DNA of 64,000 nucleotides from Bugula neritina (Eukaryota; Animalia; Bryozoa). Below, one piece after another: positions 41,501 through 52,700 of this stretch. Position 1 is the stretch's first letter, and the number at the start of each line of letters is the position of its first letter. A program made the position numbers and the translations under genes. The stretch is from contig OZ037770.1 in assembly GCA_964035545.1 (NCBI GenBank), forward strand, positions 8,562,973-8,626,972, given 5' to 3'. Below the pieces are notes generated by a model. That model did no database searches, was not told where the DNA came from, and saw only the letters and a program-made list of their open reading frames with translations.

Positions 41501-43387
41501 CATACGTATACTACACACAGGCATACGTACACATGTGTCTGCCTCCATGAACAGTATTTTCATAGCCTTGGTAACTTCTAGACATCTTTTTTCTTTTTCT
41601 TTATGAACAGTGTTTTTCATTCCAACCTTTGTTAAAAATTTCTTAGCGTTTTATTCCCCTTTCATAATTATTACTACGAAATTACTCGTAAGTTGAACAG
41701 TTTACTTGAGCTACATTTTTTTTATTTCTGAAAAAATAACTCACACCATAAAAGATCTTATGGCAGCTTCCACTGTGACATCTAGGAGGAGGTCTTAAAG
41801 TTGGCATATTTCTAGAGTTTATTTCATGTTTTTGATGTGGGTCATTTTACTTAACTTAGTATACACTGGATATCTTCAGTTTTTAGCTATTTTTCACACT
41901 TTAGCTGGTAATGAACATGGGTTTTTGTCCAAAACTAGTAAAGCACCAATAAATATACCGAAACAATTAAGGTTCTTCCTAATTTTGCTTCATTTCCCAT
42001 GTTTTTTCCTAATTATTCAGCTACTTTTGGTTGCTGACGGTCAGCAACCAAAACTAGCTGAATAATTAGGAAAAAACATGGGAAATGAAGCAAAATTAAA
42101 AAGAACTTTGATTATTTAGGTCTATTTATTGGTGTTTTACTAGTTTTAGCCAAAAAGCCATGTTCATTAGCAGTTAAATTGTGAAAAATAGCTAAAAACT
42201 GAAGATATCCAGTGTGTACTAAATTAAGTAAAATGACCCATGTTTGCTTTTGCCCTTTTGCTCAGATTGTCTCTGTGTTTCCATGACTGCGCATTATGTG
42301 AATCGATGCCCAATAATTTGTTCTTGCTGTTTGCATTAACTTATGAATGTAATTTCCTTCGATATAACTCTTTCCATTAGTCGAATGAAAAATCCATTCG
42401 CATAATGTGAATGATAGAAACGCAGCGTGCAACTCATGCAGAGTGAAATAGGAAGGAATACTGCTAACACATGTTCTCACTTCCTAATGTGAGTTGTACT
42501 AGTAATGAATCTCTTCCCTACTGACTCAGCGATGCAATATTGTTTTGACAGGACATGGGACTTCCTCCGACATAATCACCCTCTGCAGTCTCTCAATCAG
42601 CATACGGAGTTTGTTTGTGGCCTGGACTTTAGTTTGCATCAAGATATGCAGGTAAGTGATTCGTTCTAGTCTGAGTTTAGATGATATGATTATACGCATG
42701 TATGATATTACATTGTATCGTGATATCGAAATAAAGGTGTTGCACCATTTGACATATTTTACAGAAACCTGATTCTAACCACTTTAACATTCTGTATTCG
42801 TACTTTTAAAATACATTCTACAGTATCGAGACATAATCTGCAAAATTGTCATTAATGTGTCATTCAACCTAACGCCTTTTGCCATTCTGTTACATAGAAG
42901 GTGTTTTGTTGATGCACATATGTTTATGGGAACTGAGTTCAATAAATTTTAAGCTTTCTAAATGATTGGTAGATAGAAGATAGATTTAAAGCTTTATGTT
43001 CTGACTGAACACTAAATGCAGTTTAGATTGAGAGTTATCTCCTCAATAATTCATGCTGCCAACCGTAATTCCATGCTTTTCAGTACCGAAGTTTGAAGAT
43101 TTGAGCATGATAAAATACCTAAGAAATGGATGTAATAATTATTTATATAATATATTTTCTGGACACAGTGATTGAGGCTATCAAATAGCTAAATTCCAGA
43201 CTACATGATTTTTTTGGAAGTGTTGGACTTGTGAGCAACTCGTGGTGAAGCCTGTTGCTGGTGATACATTCTAGCTTGACCAGCCCATAACCTTAGTTAT
43301 ATATCTATATTTCAGTTAGCCTCAGGCTCTTGGGATGAAACAGTAGCTGTTTGGAACATCTCATCACCTCTTTCAGATAACAAATAA
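38562..43387 (+). CDS. PEX7: Peroxisomal targeting signal 2 receptor (WD40), 335 aa. Exons 38562-38673, 38832-39043, 39252-39368, 39793-39904, 40513-40625, 41186-41355, 42552-42651, 43316-43387
   Basis: PEX7-type motifs [86 protein letters not shown]; eight GT-AG exons in frame. Confidence 0.96.
40023..40318. mobile_element. Palindromic MITE with TGTCACA..TGTGACA ends
   Basis: About 140-bp inverted arms, short AT loop, exact 5-bp flanking duplication GGTAG. Confidence 0.88.
40646..41102. mobile_element. MITE, PIF/Harbinger-like
   Basis: 17-bp TIR agttgcgtttatacctt / aaggtataaatgcaact with TAA on both sides. Confidence 0.78.
41378..41528. repeat. 21-bp minisatellite x7
   Basis: catacgtatactacacacagg. 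Confidence 0.93.
41839..42239. mobile_element. Fully palindromic MITE (GGGTCATTTTAC ends)
   Basis: 200-bp arms around a single central base (42039); 4-bp duplication ATGT. Confidence 0.9.
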
Positions 43388-44032
43388 GCGAACTGTTACT
43401 GGACTTATTGGCTATACCGGGAACTATCTCTGCCCGTGTGTAGTTATATTAGTGCAAAATTTAATTTGGAATCAATTTAATTATTTTTATATCGCACAAT
43501 TTAGATTATTTATGTACAATAAAGTTGTAGGACATTTTTTAAAATATATTAATTTTATGGCAAATAAAATATTTTAATTTGGCTAGGGATAAATGCTTTA
43601 AAAGGCACTACCTTCTGTGCCACCTTGTCACAAATGTGTACACTAAGTGATATTAACGCAAATATTATTTGTCATGAGCTTAATGTAATAAAAATATAAT
43701 ACAGGCAAAGCTCTCAATTACAAAGACTTTAGAATAATATATTGTTATACAATAATATTGTATGTTGTATATTATACTGTTTATACAGTAACATATCGAA
43801 ACTTGTTATTGCATTAAAGACAACTCCTAAATTAAACTATTTTAAATACACACTTTGCTCAAGGCCAAACTACATTCTAGCTTTTTTATACTGCAAATGC
43901 CTTGTGATGCGATCGGATGATCTCTTGCCCATCGAACTATAACTACAGTTTTAGTTCAGTGTTCTCGCCGTTTTTAACAAAAAATGTGAGTTGAGGTTTT
44001 TGGACTAAACCATGCTTTTGTTGTCGGAATAT

Positions 44033-44136
44033 TTCTATAAGCAGCTCCGAGATGGGGGGCAACTGAGTACATTAGTTTATGGTCTCATTTTAGGAATCGA
44101 ACGGTCCAGCCTAAACTCTGAGCTGCTTATAACAAA
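44033..44136. mobile_element. Short AAGCAGC-ended MITE family copy
   Basis: TIR tataagcagctc / gagctgcttata. Confidence 0.65.
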
Positions 44137-45349
44137 CTTTTGTCGATTGACCTCTGCGGCGTCCCTCGTTCTGCTTGACGCTGTTTTGTTACTGCAGAAA
44201 ACAAACTGGTATCTTCACTAGTAGTAGTGCGACTACTGTCGGCAACTGGTACGTATATTATTATATTAAATTTAATATTTCAATGCCTATCGACAATGTT
44301 GATGTGAAACCGAACTTGCATAATTTATTAAATTAATTTTAAATATACTAATTGTGATTATCTGATTATGAAATGAATAATAACTATAAAAATTAAAATG
44401 GCAGTGGCTGGTGTGAGTGTCAGTGGGAGACTGAGTCAGAGTGTCGGTGTGAGTGATAAAGATAAATTTAAACTTGAAGTGATAATGATAATCAATGTCA
44501 TATTGATAAGGATTATAAATAATGATAAATAATTATAGTTATTATAAGTATAATTATTGGGCTATTAATATTATAATTAATAATAATTTTTTTCATTTTG
44601 TAATTACTAATTGGTAATTACTATTAATAAAATATTATTTCTATTAGTATTAGTAAGATACTATTACTAAGACTATGAGTATATTTTGTTATATTAATAG
44701 TATTAATTATTATGTGTTTGTATTTATTACTAATAATGGAGCAACATAGCTATGGATTAACAAAAAACCCACAAGTCTCAAAATTTTGATCTTAAACATA
44801 AATTAAAATATTAAATAAGCTGTTCAACTGATAACAGTTGCATAAAATGTCCCCAAGGCCAGAGAGACTGTATTTTGTCTATAAGCCACTAACAGTGAGC
44901 TATGTTGCTACAATTTTGGTTAAGCCCACCAGTATCTATTTCTATTGGCTGCAAAACATATACAAGTACCTTCCTTGAAAAATTATCTGATAGTCTTTTC
45001 CTGCCAATTTTACATCCTTCTTCAAGTTGTATATTTGTAGATTGTCTATTTTAATTCTTATAAGTTATAATACAGCTGAAAGTCTTTTTTCACATAATAC
45101 ATTATGTTAAGGTAGCCCTTCTATAAGAAGTGCAAAAGGAGCTTTAGCCCTATATTTCTTCTATTGGTCTAATGGTGGTGCTACACTATTCAGCAATGTA
45201 GTGTCCTTCAGCTTTAAACTTCTGCATATAAAAGCTGCCTGTTGCCAGTCTTGTAGGTACACTGACACCGATCTAACCTTGTAGGAAGTGACTACTGTTT
45301 ATCTGTCAAAGATTATGTAACTATTTGTAGCAAACTATTCGACTGTACC

Positions 45350-48149
45350 ATGTCAATACCAAACCTAGTAGAAAGTCAGCTAACAAATCTTCACAGAACC
45401 TCTGTGCGAAACCAGGTGTTCTCCAAGCTGTTGCCTATAAGCATTGGACTTCTAGCTGTATGCATTATACCCTACCTACACATTGGCAAGTTTTAGATTC
45501 GTCTACTCGTTATGTTTATTTGTAAGACAACTCTCATTAAAAACCATACCATCTAATTGGACTTTTCATATTAATTAGAAAGTGCATGCATACAGCTGAA
45601 AAGTGAATGGTTTTGATGTGTTTTAATTATCAATTCGGAACATAACAGCTGTGAACTATGTAGGTGCAGCGTTACTGAAGTAAGTCAATATAGTGTTGAT
45701 TTGACAGCCATGTGACACATTTAAACAAGTGCACTCTTGGTCTCATGGGCTAAAAGAACCTAAACCCGAGTAGTGCCAGACATATTTTGTTTTATTCATT
45801 TACAGTTCTCTAATCTCTACCCATTGAACATTACGTGTAAATACTATGAATTAACTGGTTAGTTTCTATGTTAGTAATTTGTTTGTCACTCTTCAGGGTT
45901 GTTTGGGCATCTGGTATGGCCTGTTAAACCCACAGTAGATCGAACTAGCTGTAACTGTGGGTGCTTTGATACGGTGTTCAGAGGAATATATGAGAATCCA
46001 CCCAGTTCGTACAAACACTGGTATTTTAACTCCACTCTCAATGCATACAAGATGTGGTGTCTCATGATGGTAGGGGTGGTGGTGGCCTACGAGTGCTCTA
46101 AATACATCATCAGGTGCATCATTAGGAAGGAGGTGAGGTAAGAGCTGTGTTAGCACTGAAGTGGCATAGTTAGTGTGATAATTAGATGGTATATATACTG
46201 TATTTCATCTGGAGCAGCCGTGGTCTAAGGGTTAGAGTGTCTACCTAGTAAGCATGAAGTCGTGGGTTTGAACCCCGACAAAGGCCATTGGTGATGTTAG
46301 GAAGATCATCCAGTCATAATTGCTCCTGTGCCTCATTTAAATAAGTCCTTAGCCCTATTTAACAAAAACCCTTTCTATCAAGGGCTTCTCAGGGATAGCG
46401 ACTATAAACTTGCGTGAGATATACTATATTTCATCCCAGTGGTATAGACTATAGACATATGTATAATATTTATAAGTGCAAGTATAATATGCGGGGCTAC
46501 ATGTATAGACACAGGTGTAATATATTTAGATACAAGTATAATATGTATAGACACACCTATAATATGTATAGCTACAGGTATAATATGTATAGCTACAGGT
46601 ATAATATGTATAGCTACAGGTATAATATGTATAGATACAGGTATAATATGTATAGCTACAGGTATAATATGTATAGATACATGTATAATATGTATAGCTA
46701 CATGTATAATATGTATAGATTCAAACTTGTATAATAGGTTTAGATACAGGATTGGGATTAATTTGGTATGAAATAATATTTGTCTGTGCAGCAGTGTGAT
46801 TTATTGATTTATTTAATTTTTTCACTATGTTGTAATTTTTTTACTGTTTGCTAAAATATTAGAAACTTTTTAGCTGTTAGTGTTTCAGCTGTCATTATCT
46901 TATACTGATTGTCTACTATATCCCACCAGGTGGCGTATGGTCCTGCTCTTTATCTCCACTATCTTCCCGCATTATTATGGCTGGTGGAACTACTTGAACT
47001 ACTACAATGAGCAGTTCTACTCCCAGTGGTACCACCAGCTCTACTTTACCGTCTCGGAGATTATCTCCTCAGGTAAGCTCATGTTATGCCTTGTGTTGTG
47101 TGTCAACCTTATCTGTGCTTGCATTGCTGTTTCTCTACTTCTCCTGCTAATCGTTCAGTTAGTGGATGTACCAAACTACTTGATTGGAGTTGTTCTATCT
47201 TGTCAGCAAATCTGTATTCACAGGGTATTGCATGTCTCTATTTTATCAGTTACTATAGTGAGTTGTACTCTACTATACAGTGTATATCAGTTACTCTAGT
47301 TAGTTGTACTCTACCATACAGTGTAACCATCAGTCACTGCACCTACTAGTTCTATCAATCACATTACTCCACAGGCTTCATTCTTCAACTTATCAGTAAG
47401 AGAGCCAATGTTGAGACTTACCACGTCCTCGTAATACTCTCTCTCAATCTCTCACATATCATCATTGGAGGTTTAGACCAGTTTGTCATCAATCTTCTGT
47501 ATGGACAGGGCAACCGTTCACAGGTAAGTCTTGTGACTTACAGCTATGAGATAAGTAAGTAAAGTTATCTATCAGGTAAATCTCTGATGTACAGGTAGCA
47601 AGCAATTCACTAAAATATTTCAAACTTGTTTACTTGGGGTATAAAAAGAAAATAAACTTTAAAATACAGCGAATTGTGTTGGGAGTTATTTCCCATTAAT
47701 TGTACTACTCTACACTATATAGTAGTACTACACTGTTAACTACTCTACACTGTATAGTAGTACTACAGTACTATATTTATTAGATTTATTTACATTAACA
47801 TTTTAAAACGAGTGAAAAATAACCCTACATGCTGCAAAGTTCTTTTCTTTCTGGCCTTGAGTTGTGGAGTTTCTTCTCTTGTTTCGTAGTAGTTATAGAA
47901 CTGCAATATGGACAATGTTGACTGCATAGTGTTGCCCTTCAATTAGAAATCTTTATTGTATATAACCAGGTGTATCGGGACTTGGGACTTGTTGTACCGG
48001 ATTTCTTGGCCGTCTTATTCATATCGTGGGAAACTCGGATACTGATAACTGAAAGGAAGTGTAGCCTCAGGTCTCTGTTTTATAAAGAAGAACTCTTGCT
48101 TTCTTTCTTTGTCACATCTGCTATCGTGTTAGTTGGTAAGAGTCTATAA
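45350..48149 (+). CDS. Uncharacterised multi-pass membrane protein, 282 aa. Exons 45350-45485, 45897-46137, 46930-47072, 47375-47523, 47970-48149
   Basis: Exons join in frame (849 nt; the first intron needs a GC donor). About 6-7 hydrophobic segments, a CNCGCFD loop, aromatic-rich PHYYGWWNYLNYYNEQFYSQWYHQLYFT block, plus SH, DQF and RD motifs; AATAAA near 48746. Confidence 0.85.
46211..46418 (+). mobile_element. tRNA-derived SINE, copy D
   Basis: Same family; 17-bp target duplication atatactRtatttcatc at 46193-46209 and 46419-46435. Confidence 0.9.
46450..46750. repeat. 21-bp minisatellite
   Basis: tataatatgtatagctacagg, directly after SINE copy D. Confidence 0.92.
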
Positions 48150-48880
48150 TGAGGACAGAGTGTAAAGCACTCTTGTGACATTCTATTATATAGAGAAGAC
48201 AATTACCAATTTCCTATACTCTGCTTTGTATTACTTGTTCCACTTTTTTGCCATGCATAACTCACCAATGACATTTGCTCATGCAAATTTATTTCTCCGG
48301 TCCTACGACGTTGCCTATGCAAAATATTTGATAGAAATTATTTTATTTTCTTACCTAATACCGTAGATTGGTATAATATCCTAATATATCTCTTGTTAAA
48401 TGATCTATTTTCAGCTGCTGCAGTAGCTTTTATTGTTATTCTAGTGAATTTGTTGTGTTTACAGTTTTGTTTGCATGGTTTTGGTTTTGGAAGCATAATA
48501 GACTAAGTTCCAGTATGAAGTTATCTATCTCTGTTACACATGTTTTACGTCTTCAGGCTTTATTTGTTCTATAAATTAAGGTTTATTTCTTTTTCCTATA
48601 CACGTTATTTTAGCGATTAATTTTTGCACATTTTTGTTCTAGCCGCTGGACTTACCAACTTTCTTTCCATAAGAACTTTATCTTCCTTCTATCTGATCTC
48701 TTTTTGCTATAGTATGCTGTGATAATTATCTGCTATTTTTATGTGAATAAAAGTAATGAGATTTGAGTGAACCATAGTGATTTCTCTCTCTGGGAGCATT
48801 CACTGCTTACGGGAGTTTAGAAGCTGAAGTAACTTTTTGGCACCATGCCATCTGATTAGTTCTCGCTATTTTCTCAAATC

Positions 48881-49042
48881 GTTCTATAAGCAGCCCCGAG
48901 TTGGGAGGACTGATTGCAGTAGTTTGCGGGTCGTCAAATTTGGAGTTGATGTTTAAATTGGAACTTGGAGCCCCCAACTCCAAACGTGAAAATCTCTAAC
49001 TACTGCGCTCAGTCACCCCCAAGTTGGAGCTGCATATAGAGC
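48881..49042. mobile_element. Short AAGCAGC-ended MITE family copy
   Basis: gttctataagcagc..gctgcatatagagc with extended imperfect arms (gcagtagtt / aactactgc). Confidence 0.7.
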
Positions 49043-49780
49043 AATTCTTCTAACATCTAACATGATAATAGACTGGAATTATTTATAGAACTGTAGTACA
49101 ACTAAAATTCACATTTCGTAATATTCAAAATGGCATGAAGTGAAAGTGCCCGCATATGAATTGCATTTTATGTATTTAACTCAGCTACCTATTGCATCTT
49201 ATCTCAGACAAATGAAATTGCTCGTTCACGCGAATGATGTAAAACATTACACATCCGCCAAAGTTTTCCTACCTTAGAAATTAGACCATATGATCATTCT
49301 CACAAACATCATTACAGGAGTGGATTAGTAGGGGGTTTAATAGCACAGCTTATTAAATATGCTTTGGGCTTCTACCAAACACAGGTAACTATTTGGCTGC
49401 TCTAGGCAAATTGGTAATTCTAAATGATAAATTATGTAGTCTGCATACTAAATTTTTCAAAACTAATAAAATTGCCACAGACACTTGAGAGGGCTTTTCA
49501 AAACAAATTAAATTTTGTACTCAAGTCACTGGCTCATCTTTAAAATACGAAATAAGTTTTATACTCTGAAGGCAATTTTATTTGAAAACTCAGTATTTTT
49601 TATAAGTTTCTTAATAAGCTTACTTTTATCATTTTATTCAACAATTAGTATATAATGGAAATAAATTACCAAATTAACCCCCCATGTAAAAGCACACTCC
49701 TTGCTATTTGGTGACCTACGCAGAGGAACTTCAAATTAGTCTGATAGATGCAAGTCATGCAGTCTGAAGGTTTCCAACTG

Positions 49781-52700
49781 ATGGAAAGGATGTCTGTCAA
49801 GTGCTGTCTTCTTCTGGCAGCTCTAGCTGTGTCTGCAACTTGTAAGTATTCTCAATATGTCGTTCTTTTCAGAATCCTTGTGACTCTTCAACTACTTTTT
49901 ATCACTTAAACTAAGCACTTGTTTAACAATGTGAACTAATCTCGATTTTTCTAGAAAGTTCTCAAAATAATGGAAGTTTTTTTATGAAAAATGTTGTAGA
50001 CACATAATTTCTAGCACGCTAGAACCGCTTGGTTCTAATCATATAGACCTAGCTGGTATAACTTCCATTTCGCTACAGGGAATGTGGTCTGTGGGCAAGA
50101 GATTTCTATTAGAGTAAACCCAAGCCTATCACCTGCAGTGACACATAGGCCAGTAACATCACCACCCATTGGTCAGAATACTAGTATATGCTACAGATAT
50201 GTAGGCTGTTTCGACACGTACCCTCCATTTGACAACACTGGGGGCGTTCTACCCAACCCGCCAGAGAGAGTTGGCACAGTGTTCCTACTCTACTCACCAA
50301 AGAGTAAACTTGTTGGTAAGCTGCTGCTCTCTTTTGGTGATGTTGTGACCCATAGCTCTGATCTGTCCTGATGCTCTAGCTTCGTTTCCTGGCTAATTTT
50401 AGGAACCTGACAAGTTTTCTAATGTTCTACTTGTTAAATAACTGCTGCCAAGTTAAAAATCCAAAGGCTAATATTTAAAGTAGTTACACTAACAACACAC
50501 TATATGACATTCAAACACTCTGTCAAACACAATCATAATATTGCACCTTTAAAAAGCATTCAATATGATGTTGGAATTTTTTAATTTCCATTTATGTATT
50601 GAAATTTAAACTATGTACTGCAGGGCAGCAAATAGACTATAAAGATGATGGATCAACGTTAGATAATACAGACTTCAACCCACTATTGCCAACCAAGTTT
50701 GTTATTCATGGGTTTACACAGAATGAGAAGGAGAAGTGGGTTAATGAGATGAAAGACGCATTGCTCACTACGGTATATCATATTCATCATCATTTTTCTT
50801 GTCATAAACAAAGTATTTGGTAGTCAGAGCCTGCATGCTAAGTTATACTACATATTTTGTTACACGTATTTTCATTGGTCAAGATGAAGCTCACTACAAT
50901 AATATTTAGTCATAAACTCTCCTCCTCTCCTCCCTCTCTCATATGCTAAATTTAGATCACACCTACAATATAATGCCTATTCATTATTAAAGCCAAATCA
51001 CTCTAACAATTTGATTTGCTTTGAATTCGACCCAGCACTGACTAAGGCAATGTACACTGATCACTGATTGGTGTACAAGACTACCAATTACTTGTTTATT
51101 ACTCATTGCTGTAGACAGAAACTGAAGAGTGACTTATTCTCACTATAAAATATGTCTTTAATAACAAATATATAATTCCATTCCCTTAATAATTCTCGAT
51201 GAATTATTTAAAAAATAAATACCTTGACTAAATTAGCTGAAACTTGTTGACACTTATATATGTATATTAGTGTGTTATTGCATGTTTCAGGGTCCAATGA
51301 ATGTAGTAGTTGTCGGGTGGGGTGAGGGGGCCTCCGCACCAGACTACCCTAAAGCTGTTGCTAACACCCGACTTGTGGCTAAGCAAGTGTCGATGTTAGT
51401 GGAGCTGATGATTAAGAAGGGGATGGATGTCGGTAGAATACACCTGATTGGTCACTCTCTCGGAGCTCACGTGTCTGGATATGTTGGCGCCGACTTGAAT
51501 GGCCAGTTGGGACGAATTTCTGGTGAGCAGCAGATTGTCATGCCTCCTACTCTCAAGAGCATTATAGATGATGTTGACCTAATTCTGCACACTGACACAT
51601 GTAGCTTATATATAGTTCTGTGTACTTACACATGTGTACCTTGCACTTACACCTACATCTATGTACCTACACAATTGACTTACACCTACATCTATGTACC
51701 TACACAACTGACTTACACCTACCTCTGTATACCTACATAAAGCTTTATGTACTTACACATGTATACCTCATACTTGCTCTGTGTACATACAGATAAGACT
51801 TACACCTACATCTATATAGCTTACACTTGAACTCCTGTGTGTCTTACAGCTATGGATCCTGCTGGGCCGTTCTTTGAAGGCAGCGACGAGAGAGTGAGAC
51901 TCAACCCCTCTGATGCCAAGTTTGTGGATGTTATTCACAGCAACGGCAAACCAATAACCAGCGCCGGGGCTGGAATGTTTGCTTCCTGTGGCCATGTTGA
52001 TTTCTATCCTAACGGCGGCAAAAGTCAGCCGGGCTGCCCTGATTTTTATAGCAATGTCTGGAAAACAATTTTACGATTAGATTTCAGTGGTAAGATTTAT
52101 GAACGTACAGCTAGCAGCATTCCTGTAGGGTTTCGTATGCTATGTTCAATGCCTTTTTTCAAATATCTGCATGGTTTAGGATTCTAAACTTATTAAAGAA
52201 AATCACAAGGTTGTACAAAGTCACTGTTTATTTTATTCTGTTATGTTTATCGCAAAGTTTCACTCACCAGAAAATTCTGAGCAGGTCAGGCACGGTGTGG
52301 TTTGTATCTGTTAGATAGCTTATTTACGTAATTTAACTCGATGTAACAGTAACTTATTGAAACACTTGGCTGTTCCTCCAGAGATAGGTTCCCTGGCTTC
52401 ATGCAGTCACAGTCGATCCCACCAGATGTATATAGAGTCCATATATAACAACAACAAATGCTCATTGACTGGCGTACCATGTAACTCCTGGGTGAGACAT
52501 GCTCTCCTCCCTATCTCGTCCGTTTGTTTATTGGTTGTCATGGTTACACGTCCAGTGTCTTGTCTCATGTTATATATAGGCTAGAACAATGGTATCAGAG
52601 TTTAGTATCTCCTTAGCTATTCCATCTCTACATAGCTCTTTATTTCTTCTCTGTGACTCGCCATGTCTACAGTTTCCTATTTTTGGGTGGTTCGTATTCT

